Source of the DNA: Eledone cirrhosa
Taxonomy: Eukaryota
Direction of reading: 5' to 3'
Length of the DNA: 64,000 nucleotides
Assembly: GCA_964016885.1 (NCBI GenBank)
Contig: OZ024740.1
Location: 162,378,001-162,442,000, forward strand
The position numbers and the translations under genes were made by a program. Positions 1-14,002 of this stretch are shown piece after piece. A model generated the notes under the pieces. It searched no databases. It saw nothing but the letters and a program-made list of their open reading frames with translations, and had not been told where the DNA came from. Position 1 is the first letter of the stretch. Every line of letters starts with the position of its first letter.

Positions 1-348
1 ATACAAACACATACACACACATATATATATTTATATATTTAATATATATATATATTATATATATGTATATATATATATTTATATATTTAATACATATATT
101 ATATATATGTATATATATATTTATATATTGAATATATATATTATATATATGTATATATATGTATATATGTATATATATATATATATGTATATATGTGTAT
201 ATATATATAAATATATATATATATATTTGTATATATATATATATATATACATATATATATGTAGAGAGAGAGCGAGAGAGAGGGAGAGTGTGTGTGTGAG
301 AGAGAGAGAGATTTGTATATATATCCCCAACAAATTAAATATAACCTC

Positions 349-414
<66 letters not shown>

Positions 415-545
415 GAGGTTATATTTAATTTGTTGGGATACAACAAGCAAAATATTTTTATAACTGATATAAAGCACTCAACAAATTAATTGGAGTAAAT
501 ATACAATATATTAACAAATGGAAACTATATTTATAAAACCATATT

Positions 546-611
546 TATTTCATTATACATATTTCAAGGGCCACCAAGGCAGATTATGGTGCGCTTTCAT
601 CAGATAAAATA
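546..611 (-). ncRNA. Type I hammerhead ribozyme
   Basis: Reverse complement of 2914-2979. Confidence 0.8.
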
Positions 612-2077
612 TAATATAGATTAGTTTTATAAATAAATATTGACATACCCTGAAAAATGCAACCTTCGCGGTTGGAGTCTCCCGGATAGTGGAGATATTT
701 GATTTATTGTTGGTTTATTATGCAAATTAGTGTCGGAAAGGTTTAAATAACAGTATATTTAAATTACGCCGTTGGAAGAGGGAAAAAAGAAAGAGAAAAA
801 GAGAAAAAGAAAGAGAAAAAGAAAGAGAAAAAGAAAGAGAAAAAGAAAGAGAAAAAGAAAAAGAAATAGAAAAAGAAAGAGAAAGAGAAACAATGTGAGT
901 ATATTTAAGTGAGAGAGAATATTAGTTATAAGGACAGTAATAGCGTAATTGAGAGAAGAAGCGACGAAATGAATAAATGAATATATCGTAGATGAATAAT
1001 AGCCGGATTCATTATAATGATAGGTTGAAGAATTTTATCTAGGGTTTAATAAATTAATAATTTATCAATTCAATCAGTAGTTTAAATGTGTATGTTAAAA
1101 ACTTTTATATATATATTTATATATACTTTTTAAAAATATACTATTATTACAAAACCTATATATTATTATTATTATAATAAGATATATATTATTTTCATTA
1201 ATTATTTTAAAAATTATTAGAAAATTATTAAAAAATTATAAAAAAATTATTAAAAAGTAAAAAAATTGTAGGTTTAAAGTATCCGAACAATTCTAAGCCC
1301 ATAGAAATTCAGAGAGTTTATTTGTATTATTTGTATTATTTGTATTATTTGTATTATAATAGCGTAAGGGAAAATTGTTAGTGATTTATTAATAATTCAG
1401 GTAACTCTAAGGATTAAATGCTATAAGGTTAAGAAGTTAAAAATTTAAATTTTCCACCTTAAGAAGGTAAGTAGAGTATGAATCTTATGTTATTTTATAG
1501 TAAGTTATAAATTTATAAATTCATAATTTCAGCTGTCATACAGTTATAACTGTTAAAACATAAATTTGCTTGCTATAACGTCATAACATATAGAAATTAT
1601 AATATTTAAAATTTTCATAGGAATATATCCAAAGCATAAACCATAAAAACTCTTTCATTAGCGTATATTTATAGAATATATTTAAAGTATAAATTTTAGG
1701 TTATACCATATACATCAAAATCACTATGTTTATCTCATATATATATATATAAAAATGTGGATATATATATATATATATATATATAAAGCATTTGAAAAAT
1801 ATAAGAATATAGAAATACAAAATACACAATATAAAATATGAATTATAATGAATTTAAAAAATATAAGAATATAGAAATATAAAATACACAGTATAAAATA
1901 TGAATTATAATTTTCTTATACCCATCAGAGGAATTTTCAAAAAATTTTCTTTAAATCTTTCAGTACGTTTATCAAGAAAAATTTCCAAGAAAAAATTTTT
2001 TATTTAAGAGAGTTATAAGCAGTCACACGAAGGAATCTAATGATTTATCGATAGGTGTAATAAAGATGAGTTATGTA

Positions 2078-2533
2078 TTACATTTTATATATATATTTAA
2101 ACGTTGAATTCAGTCGATGTTTACAAGAACTGAAAAGATTATTCCTTAAATTAACAGAATTTTTACTTTTTAATATAAAGAATATTTCTTCTATACAAAG
2201 AGCACAATTTTCAGATGAGGCATTGAATGGAGGAGCTTTGGAGATCATATTCCAAAGTAAAGAATAGTTAGTGTTCTTTGATTCAAGGTCCCATAGTAAA
2301 TTAGATAGAGAAGTTGAAGATTTTTTATTTATATTAGTAAAAGAGCATTTATGGTTATTAAAACGGGACTTAAAATCTGTGGAGGTAGAGCCTACATAAT
2401 TAAATGAATTTAAATTAGTTTTTAAGTTACAATGATATACTATATTTTTAACTAAACAATTGTTATTTAGCGGACAGTTAGATTTATTTCTACAGTTACA
2501 TTTCTCAAAATTCTTCTCTCCTAACGTAAACAA
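2078..2533 (-). pseudogene. PLE GIY-YIG endonuclease domain (C-terminal fragment, no RT)
   Basis: CNCRNKSNCPLNNNCLVKNIVY...YVGSTSTDFKSRFNNHKCSF...LSNLLWDL...CALCIEE...LRNNLFSSCKH matches the PLE GIY-YIG pattern. Confidence 0.9.
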
Positions 2534-2913
2534 TAATTATGCTATTACTGTCCTTATAACTAATATTCTCTCTCACTTAAATATACTCACGTTGTTTCTC
2601 TTTCTCTTTCTTTTTCTATTTCTTTTTCTTTTTCTCTTTCTTTTTCTTTTTCTTTTTCTCTTTCTTTTTCTCTTTCTTTTTCTCTTTCTTTTTCTCTTTC
2701 TTTTTCTCTTTCTTTTTCTCTTTTTTTTTCTCTTTCTTTTTTCCCTCTTCCAACGGCGTAATTTAAATATACTGTTATTTAAACCTTTCCGACACTAATT
2801 TGCATAATAAACCAACAATAAATCAAATATCTCCACTATCCGGGAGACTCCAACCGTGAAGGTTGCATTTTTCAGGGTATGTCAATATTTATTTATAAAA
2901 CTAATCTATATTA

Positions 2914-2979
2914 TATTTTATCTGATGAAAGCGCACCATAATCTGCCTTGGTGGCCCTTGAAATATGTATAATGAAATA
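2914..2979 (+). ncRNA. Type I hammerhead ribozyme
   Basis: tattttat-CTGATGA-aagcgcacca..tggtggccctt-GAAA-tatgtat-A-atgaaata. Stems I and II pair; stem III is short and self-complementary. Confidence 0.8.
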
Positions 2980-3017
2980 AATATGGTTTTATAAATATAG
3001 TTTCCATTTGTTAATAT

Positions 3018-3072
<55 letters not shown>

Positions 3073-3189
3073 AAATTACTTGTGGGAAACATTTCTTTTC
3101 CTCAAATTACTCTAAACGTCGAGAAGTGTATGTAATAAAAGACAAAACACACATATAAGCCATCAACAAAAGTTGATCGCCAGAGTGTG

Positions 3190-3696
3190 GGACATGCTGC
3201 ATTTATTTCATACTGGCCCTGCTGCTTTTGGCTCCTACAAGCCCATGCCTGTAGATTTTGTCTCGGACTACCATCACTGCCTGGCTGATGATAGCTGGAT
3301 ATTGTTCATAATACATGATCCGAAAGTCTCCCAGAAGAGATTGTCCTTATTGATGCCCCAAATCGCTTCTCGGACATCGTTGCTTATATCCTCCACTAAT
3401 ACTATAGAATGCGACCGTTGAATTTCCATCCGACATCATGCTCTAATTGGTACAGTGAGCAGCTAGTAATGCTATAGGTGCGAACAAGCCAACCATGATC
3501 TGGTCATGACCCTTGACTGTAGCTCAGCATGGTCAATACCGATATTTTGGACAAAGTTGTCGACCAAGAATCTTTGGAGAAATATGAATCTCAGTGAGCG
3601 GTTGAATATAGTCTTGCTTCTCTAGGTGCTAAGTGGCGTTGATCATCTTGATTTCTGATATGTTCGACACTATGGCGAAGACATCATTTGCGTGTG
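3190..3696 (-). mobile_element. Highly degraded, internally deleted Tx1/L1-type LINE fragment
   Basis: Minus strand reads AHANDVFAIVSNISEIKMI (compare AYADDITVMVSDTSEIEVV near 62840). gtccgagacaaaatctacaggcatgg resembles gttcgagataaactctacaggcacgg near 63750. Confidence 0.7.
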
Positions 3697-4105
3697 CAGT
3701 TTTATATTTACAGAGTGGAATGGATGTGACAGAGTGGAATGGATGTGACAGAGATTACAAGAGAATTGTATAATAATTAAAGAGGCACAGAGTGGAATGC
3801 ATGTGAAAGAGATTACAGGAGAATAGTATAATAATTAAAGAGGCATTAAGATAGAAAGTTACTGGTAAAACGAGGACATTAGCAGTACATATGCAAGCGT
3901 ATAGAGAGTGAAAATGCGTTAGGCATATACAGGACAGCTAGGTAGGAAACAAGCAATGCTACTAGGCATATATAATTACTGTATGGCAAAGGTATCACAT
4001 AAAATAACACAGGTTTACAAGCATATCAAGCAGACAAACTTTAATTATTATACAATTCTCTTGTAATCTCTGTCACACCCATTCCACTCTGTAAATATGA
4101 AACTG
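3697..4105. repeat. Inverted-repeat-bounded element (MITE or fold-back) with internal duplications
   Basis: 3697-3782 is the reverse complement of 4039-4105 apart from an internal duplication in the left arm. A further direct copy is at about 3787-3845. Confidence 0.7.
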
Positions 4106-4414
4106 TTGATAACAACATTAATATCCATGTTATATGATTGTGCAGTTGAATAGGAAGTTAATTATATGTCCAAAATTTGCTAGTGCTCCGATGATTCCAA
4201 ACGAAAGTTTGAAAGAAACGATTGTCACCAATAAAATGTTTTGAACATATTTTGATTATTGTGTAATTTATATTCCTGCTCTGTAAAACATCTGAGCTAT
4301 TTTTCTTACTGGTATTAAGGTAGTAAGGAATTACCGACCTTCCTCGTTTATAGTTGTATATAGTGTATATACAACTATAAATAATATTATATATATATAT
4401 ATATAAACTATAAA

Positions 4415-4456
<42 letters not shown>

Positions 4457-4463
4457 TTTATAG

Positions 4464-5166
4464 TTAATGACGAATTAATTAATTAAATAATCAACAATCA
4501 GAGCAATATATAAGAAAGTAAGTCCATAGAATCATTAGATAAAATATATACAGTATTTCTTCTCCCAATCAGCATAATCAACCACATAAAAAATCAATTA
4601 AACGAGGCTATAAGTTTAAAATATACCTATGAAGAAATAATAGATAAATAAATGATAGTTTTTTTATCTGCGATTCATAGCCACAGAAAATTTACCTAGT
4701 ATTTCTGATAGCCTGTAGAAATTGACTAGACATATAGTTAACCATATATAATTATGTACAAAATCAAAATTAGAAGAAAAAATGTACATAAACATACCAA
4801 AATCATCAAAATATATCTCTACCCCGGGGGTTTCATTCGCTTTTTGGATATATCCGATCTTGGATAAATCAACGAGTTTCGAAATCTATGGTTAACTATA
4901 TGTCTAGTCAATTTCTACAGGCTATCACAAATACTAGGTAAATTTTCTGTGGCTGTGAATCGCGGATAAAAAGATATCATTTATTTATCTATTATTTCTT
5001 CATAGGTATATTTTAAACTTATAGCCTCGTTTAAATGATTTTTTGTATGGTATTTTGCTGATTGGGAGAAGAAATACTGTATATATTTTATCTAATGATT
5101 CTATGGACTTACTTTCTTATATATTGCTCTGATTGTTGATTATTTAATTAATTAATTCGTCATTAA
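4464..5166. repeat. About 280-bp inverted repeat with 140-bp spacer, between (TA)n tracts
   Basis: 4464-4746 vs 4887-5166, with a few substitutions. Confidence 0.9.
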
Positions 5167-5243
5167 GCCACACCGTGTATGATTGCCAAAAACATATATA
5201 TATATATATGGCTCTGTCTAGTTTATGTGTATGTAAACATCTA

Positions 5244-5310
<67 letters not shown>

Positions 5311-5902
5311 AATGGAATGGAGTTCGGATCTAGCTGTTGAAATTGCAGGAGCTCAGCCATCGGGGTCCCGAATTTTTCATATATATATATATGTATGTAT
5401 ATACCCAACATATTATATTATGACTACAAACCTTTTCATTTTTTTTAGCCCAATACAGACACACATGCATGTTTGTATGTGTACGTACTTATGTATGTAT
5501 GTATGTATGTATGTATGTATGTATGTATGTATGTATGTATGTATGTATGTATGTATGTATTCTCACACTACTGTAAATAAAAATGGCTGAAAATCGGCAT
5601 TTACCTCCTAACTATCTGAGATTCGCCAAATTACTTTTAACCTGTTGATTACTACTAACCACTTAGAGGAATCGAAATAGTGATATTGTATCTGTTGATT
5701 TTGAGCTTTCTCTCTGCCACCCACTCTGTCTTTCTCTTTGACACACACTACCTTTCCCCCTCTTCTCCCCTCTCTCCCTCTCACACACACACTATCTTTT
5801 CCCCCTCTTCTCACTCTCTCTCTCTCTCCCTCTCTCGCACACACTATCTTTTCCCCCTCTTCTCACCCTCTCTCTCCCTCTCTCACACACTCTATCCCCC
5901 CC

Positions 5903-5951
<49 letters not shown>

Positions 5952-6452
5952 TATTCCCCCACTTCTCACCTTCTTTCACTTCCTTCTCTTTCCTGGTTTC
6001 TTCCTCGTTCTCGCTTTGTTTCTTCCGACTTCTTTCACTCTCTCCCTCTCTTCCTCTCTTTCTCCTACCTTTGTCACTTTGTTTCTCACCCACTCTCTCC
6101 CTCTCACCTTCTCGCTCACTCTCCCTTCTCCCACTCCCTCGTTTCTTTCTCTCTCACACACATATAAACACACATATTTTCCCTCTTTTCTTTGTCCTCC
6201 TATTCATGGACATTCAACCCCCTCAAATATCTTCACACAGTAGGCAAATATATTTACATATATCGAATTTAACAATTCAAATAGCATGTGATGCTTTATT
6301 TAAATACGAATATGCTTATGAAAACATATCTACATACACACGTATTCGTATACAAACTTATAAGTAAACATACATACACCCAGCACCCCGACACAATCAC
6401 ACATAACTACATATTTGTATATAACTACACCATTGTATCTCCCCCATCTCTC

Positions 6453-7290
<838 letters not shown>

Positions 7291-7300
7291 TATATAGGCA

Positions 7301-7333
<33 letters not shown>

Positions 7334-7812
7334 TGTGAAATTTAAACGTATATATATATGGGATAACAAGTTATCGTTTTAGGTAATCCAGTTCTCTAAC
7401 TGTTGTGAGTACTCTGTACTTTGGATAGTTTTAACGTACGGCGTTGTTTGAGATAGCATGAGGTTTCCTTAGTTAGGTAGCGAGTTTGCGAGAATTCCTA
7501 TGCAGGTCATTCTTGGAGTAATAGGAGTGAAAGAGTGAAGAATAAATTTTTGTACAGCCGACCATGTTATTCTTCACTCTTTCACTATATATATATATAT
7601 CACGATAAATTAACGGAGCCATAGACTCTCGCTATTCCCTGTCAATAATGTGCCCAAAGCAGAAGGAATCCTGAGCTCTTTAAAATACAATATGTTGAAA
7701 AAGTAACACACTAGAGAGAGATAGTGTGCCATCAATAAAACAGGGAAAAACCACTGGTGGCGCACTATCTCTCTCTAGTGTGTTACCTTTTCAATATATT
7801 ATATATATATAT

Positions 7813-7877
<65 letters not shown>

Positions 7878-8170
7878 AATATAAATTTAGCGAGAATCGC
7901 ATTTCGGCGGGTAGAAATTAGCGAAACGCAACTTCCGTATTGTGCAGACATGCGCTCCATGGATATGAAGAAGATACCAGAGCTATAAACATAAGTTAAA
8001 ATGGTCATACACGCTGAGAAGATGGTTAAGAAGCCATTAACTACCTTAGCCAAAAAGGCGAACAAGCTAAACGGGTCAAACAAAATGAGATATGATTGAA
8101 TTAGTTACCCGGACCCTCGGGGAAGATGGAATACTCCGAAATTGGGTTTCTGCAACACCTAAATCAATAA

Positions 8171-8338
8171 ATGTTTCTACTTTAGGCACAAGGCCAGCAA
8201 TTACCCAGTGCATTACTGGTACTTTATTTTATCGACCCCGTAAGGATGAAAGGCAAAGTCAACCTCGGCGTGATTTGAACTCAGATCGTAAAGGGACGTA
8301 ACTATGCTGGAAAGCATGGCGTCCGACCCTCTACCGAT
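8171..8338 (-). mobile_element. tRNA-derived SINE (dominant family) with 16-bp TSD
   Basis: B-box-like gagttcaaatc and central gcctttcatccttacggggtcgataaaataaagtaccag. TSD acacctaaatcaataa at 8155-8170 and 8339-8354. Confidence 0.9.
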
Positions 8339-8519
8339 ACACCTAAATCAATAATACTGTCTGCTTATAAAAAATAAGCTTTTGGTATAATGATCGAACA
8401 AGGCATCGCTTTCTCAACAGGTTTTTGTTCTTCGTGCGCCAGAATCTCACAGGTTATGAAAGCACATGTGAGGTTCTAAGGGGAGAAACCCCTATTTTGG
8501 CCAGTGAATTCAGCATGTG

Positions 8520-8658
<139 letters not shown>

Positions 8659-10182
8659 TTACCGATGTATATGCCTTATACATGATTCAGTTTACGAGTA
8701 TAAGTATATATTAACTTTGAGAATTAAGGAAGTCGATGATTAATTATGAATTAAGCTTATGAGAAGGCATTTGAGTATTATAGAAACATATACGAATGTT
8801 TAAAGATAGAGGAAATTAATAAGTTGTGTTGCTATATCTCAATAGGTTGCTTTGGTTCTTTGTGGAGCTGTAATCATATCCAGTGGCCACTCTCAATAAA
8901 CGTGGTTAGTTATGAGATCAGAGCATTGGTATGTATTCTGCTATCTTCAGCTGGTATCTCTTGGTTGATATTATTTCTTACAGCTAAGCTATAGGCTGGG
9001 CTCATTCGTTTGGATTCTAGTATGCTCACTACTTTCATTGATCTCCCGTTACAATGTTCCTTCCGCTAAGATGCAATATACGTTTATGATTTACATATTT
9101 ATTATAAAGCCTGTGCATACGTGCAATCATTTTCAATGATGTTTTTGTGAAGAGAATTTGCACTGCCTCTTCTGTGCATAGGCTTCAGGCTTTCTTATTC
9201 CTAAGACATTCCAATATAAGTCATATGTCAATGGGCTCTCTTTACGACAGGAGAATGCTATTTCATATTTCTCTTCGTATTGTAAATGTGTTGATGAAAT
9301 GTTAACTATATCTTATCCTAAACATTTCTGGTAGAGGGAGCTAGCATAGGCTTTATTTATAGAATTATCGTTTACAGTAAATTGATAAAACATACACTGG
9401 AAGGTGAAATGGTGTTTCCTGGGTTCGATGCAGTTATAATCAGGAGATTTGGTTCTATCTGCAGATATTCTATCCTGAGTCTTTTAAGTTAAGACAAATT
9501 AAGTTAAGACAAACTGTAAGAAGCAATAGTTTGTGCTAGTTAGGTGTTGTGAAATAAGAGAATTTGACTGTATTGTGATTGAAGTTGCATTGGTATACAA
9601 AGGTGACTAGTCCTGGAAAGCAATAACTAGGGTAATTTGTTTGCTAAAAAGTCTAAAAGTCTATGAAAGTTCAAAATGGCCTAGAAATAGCAGAAAAAAA
9701 CATGTTTTTATCAAAAATAGCAAATTACTTATTTTAGGTTTAAAATGTCTAAAATATATTATACTGTTAAAATAAAGTCTAAAAAAATTAAATATAAAAT
9801 AATGATTAAAATTTTATTTTAAAATTTTGTAAAAATTGTAAAACTTTCAGTGTTTAATATTTTAAATGCACAACTCAAGCAATAATTACCTTTATTGTAA
9901 ATTCATTTAATTTGATAATTCGTTTTCAACCAGTGGTTCTTCGGCGGGATCCATATAACAATTTTTTTGGTCTACAGAAAAGAAAAGTAAATTGAGGATC
10001 CACGGTAGTATTTTAGAAGTCTATGAAAAACTTTGCTTTTAAAGAAAATATCTGAAAAATCTGAAGTCTTTGAGATAGAAAACAAATTAAAAACAAACAA
10101 ACATAAATTAATTAACAAAAGCAGTTGGTCATAAACTCTATAAGGAATTAATAGAAATCAAAACGATGCTGGTGAAAACCAA

Positions 10183-10531
10183 AATCAATGGTGACAGATT
10201 AAAACTAGATTTATATACATATACATGCATACGCACACGCGAGCGAATACTGTCGCCAGTTCAGTTTCCCAGGGGACTTTGGCTGGCTTTGGGCAGAATC
10301 TACGAGCAATAAAACCAAAGCACTTCAAATAAAACATACATTCTAGTGATTAATATATATTGAGCATTCAATTAAACTTTTTGATTTATATAACTAAGAA
10401 CATCACACTCATACACACACACACAGAGATACACACACAGACACATACATGCATATATATATATATACACATATATAAATACATAAACACACATACATAT
10501 ACACACATATGCATACCCACACCCACCCATA

Positions 10532-10563
<32 letters not shown>

Positions 10564-10736
10564 ACATAAACGGAGAAAGCTATTAGCGATACTCCGACCA
10601 ATTTCCAACTCGCTCAACTAACATTAGGAAATACCTGAGTATATTCCCAATTAAGCGTTTGGGGTGCTAACTATATTGTATTGTGTGGATAATTGGCTGT
10701 ATTATTTTATATGAGATATATTAAAGATCTCATTTC

Positions 10737-10803
<67 letters not shown>

Positions 10804-11047
10804 ATATATATATATATATATAAGCAAAGGGATATTTAATTTGTTGGTAATTCAACAAATATATATATTTATAACTGATTCGAAGCACTCGACAAGTTTT
10901 CTGGAGTATAAGATCATTGATATATATATATCAATGATCTTATACTCCAGAAAACTTGTCGAGTGCTTCGAATCAGTTATAAATATATATATTTGTTGAA
11001 TTACCAACAAATTAAATATCCCTTTGCTTATATATATATATATATAT

Positions 11048-11134
<87 letters not shown>

Positions 11135-11318
11135 GGAAATGAGATCTTTAATATATCTCATATAAAATAATACAGCCAATTATCCACACAATACAATATA
11201 GTTAGCACCCCAAACGCTTAATTGGGAATATACTCAGGTATTTCCTAATGTTAGTTGAGCGAGTTGGAAATTGGTCGGTGTATCGCTAATAGCTTTCTCC
11301 ATTTATGTATTTATGTAA

Positions 11319-11349
<31 letters not shown>

Positions 11350-11700
11350 TATGGGTGGGTGTGGGTATGCATATGTGTGTATATGTATGTGTGTTTATGT
11401 ATTTATATATGTGTATATATATATATATATGCATGTATGTGTCTGTGTGTGTATCTCTGTGTGTGTGTGTATGAGTGTGATGTTCTTAGTTATATAAATC
11501 AAAAAGTTTAATTAAATGCTCAATATATATTAATCACTAGAATGTATGTTTTATTTGAAGTGCTTTGGTTTTATTGCTCGTAGATTCTGCCCAAAGCCAG
11601 CCAAAGTCCCCTGGGAAACTGAACTGGCGACAATATTTGCTCGCGTGTGCGTATGCATGTATATGTATATAAATCTAGTTTTAATCTGTCACCACTGATT
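10183..11700. repeat. About 1.5-kb near-perfect palindrome centred on (TA)n at 10925/10926
   Basis: Arms are reverse complements with no spacer (agatcattgatatatatatatcaatgatct). They differ by a few substitutions and microsatellite lengths. Confidence 0.95.
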
Positions 11701-12171
11701 ATGAAACACAGATATTTATATATATATATCGAATATAGTGCTAAGAACATCCATCACAATACCTGTACTGCAAGCACAAGTTTAAATTGAATATCTGTGT
11801 TTCATAGTAAACAATGACGTAACGTACGTTCCACCATTACAACAACAACAGCAGCAGCAACAGCAACAACAAAAACAACAATGATAAATGAATAAAGAAG
11901 CATATAAAAACTGGTGGCAAGTTTCACCGCCCGACTCTTATGACCAGTTGTGGTATCGTTTATTTTTGTGTAGCCAGCTGCCTATTTAGGCTGGTGTACT
12001 TAACCACAAGGTAAATACTCTCATAAAGACCAAATCTGAAAGGAGAGAAATAAGGAGAGTGTGTAAGAAGAAGGGAAAGTGAGAAAGAGAGGGGGGAGAG
12101 AGAGAGAGAGAGAGAGGGGAAGAGAATGTGCGAGAAAAAATGAAGAAAAAGAAAACGAATCAACAAAGTCG

Positions 12172-12244
<73 letters not shown>

Positions 12245-13650
12245 CACATATATATATATCGACTTTGCTGACTCGTTTTCTTTTTCTTCATTTTTTCTCG
12301 CACGTTATATATATATATATATGTGTGTGTGAGTGTGTGTGTGTGTGCGTGTGTGTGTGCGTGTGTGTGTGTGTATGCGTGTGTGTGTACGTGTGTGATG
12401 TGTTATGTCTTTACTCTCTCCTTCTTTCTATATACACACATTGTTACAGAATGAGTTTGTAAGCGTGGGAAATAAAAATATATCTCGGATATCGACATAC
12501 GATGAAATGATGATGATGGCGACGACGATGTTTAATGACATCACCATCACCACCACCACCAACACCACTACTACCACCACTTCATTACAACTTCCAAGGG
12601 TTTCTGACATAAGCACAAGCCAGGATTTTATTTTTTGTGTGGCTTGGAGGTGTGTTTCAGTTTAGCCAGCTAGATCAAAGTTCAGCACTCATTTCCTTCT
12701 ACATAACAACACCAAGCTCTTAACTGCCCGTAATGGTGCCGCCGTCTTGGGCATTTAAATCTGGTGTAACCTGTCCCTCACCATGTCAGAACACAGTTTA
12801 AATTTTTTCAGAAAAATATAGAAAGTGTGAAAAAAAAGTAGGAAAGATATATAGAGGAAAATGTTGTACTTCATTTATCTACCTTGATAGGATAAATATC
12901 TTTGGCGGGATTGGAACACAGAGTGTTATCTCTCTCTCTCCACTACCTGGAGTGAATCACTCCACTACCTGGAGTGATTCTCTTATCTCCGAGCTACGCA
13001 CTTTATCGAGTAACGTTACTCCAAAGACCGTTCGGAGAAATCCTATTTCGGCCGCTTGTATTCGCGATCGCCTTTTTACCTAACAATATAAGTTTTATAA
13101 ACATAATGGGATAGAATTGACAAAAGGGAACAAACAACACGGTTACAACAAAAAAAGAAGAAAAAATGTTAGGTATCCAACTCAATCCTCTATAACAGTA
13201 GACACACCACAAACGGCAGCAGTAACAAGAAAAGCAACTGCAATTACTTTATTACTCTATTACGTGTTCCAGACGACAGGCTGAGGCCATGCTGAGGCAC
13301 CACTATACCGAAAAAAAAATACATAACGACATCAACGATGCCGAAATGAAGTAACAAAAATCCTTTGTATGACAACATGATTTATAGCCAACTTCGAATA
13401 CAAATAGCAACTAAATTTATTTCAAATTACAGCCTGCTGTTTTAAGAAAAGAAGTACACATTGGATAATATAATCTCAGGTATACCATGCCAAGAAAAGC
13501 AGCGAATCGAGAGCGTTGAAGAGAATGTCTTGCAATATTTGTACCAGCTCCTTGTGTTTTGAGTTCAATTCACACGTGAAGATCAACTTTGCCTTTGTTT
13601 TTCTTTTCAGGGTCGATAAATAAAGCACCAGTCATATACTGGGGTTGATT

Positions 13651-13704
<54 letters not shown>

Positions 13705-14002
13705 CCCTCTCTCTCTCAATCGCACACAAACACGCACGCTCTCATACATTTTCGCCCTCTCACACAAACACACACCCACTCTCTCTGTCTGTCTGTCTGT
13801 CCCTTTAGCTTTCTTTTTAGATTGTACTTTTAGATAAAAGGCCCAGGCATATCCTATTGTGTTCCATTGATTCTGTTTGATAATTATTTAAAGGATACAT
13901 GCGTCTATGGAATTCAGTCTGTCGAATAACTGAATACTCATCGTCGAGACCAATAAACAAAAAAAGTGGTTGGATGGTCCTAGCTGAAATACATTTGATG
14001 AC

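Larger units (their letters stand above)
411..3023 (-). mobile_element. Penelope-like element, 5'-truncated, with inverted pLTR copy, inserted in (TA)n
   Basis: Contains a GIY-YIG ORF (2078-2533, -). 500-950 is the reverse complement of 2535-3023. Each arm has a hammerhead motif. (TA)n lies on both sides. Confidence 0.85.

Noticed and set aside
1900-1985. Possible hammerheads downstream of the GIY-YIG ORF (minus: TTGATAA..GAAA; CTGATGG..GAAA)
   Set aside because: Stem II is absent and the stem I register is off.
3281-3333. CTGATGA...GAAAgtctc hammerhead-like match
   Set aside because: Stem II does not pair next to the core, and the region is the antisense of a decayed Tx1 RT; likely chance.
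7359-7525. Family shared with 30201-30365, tested for a hammerhead
   Set aside because: GAAAc(g/c)tc is present on the minus strand but there is no recognisable 5' core; kept only as a TA-flanked repeat.
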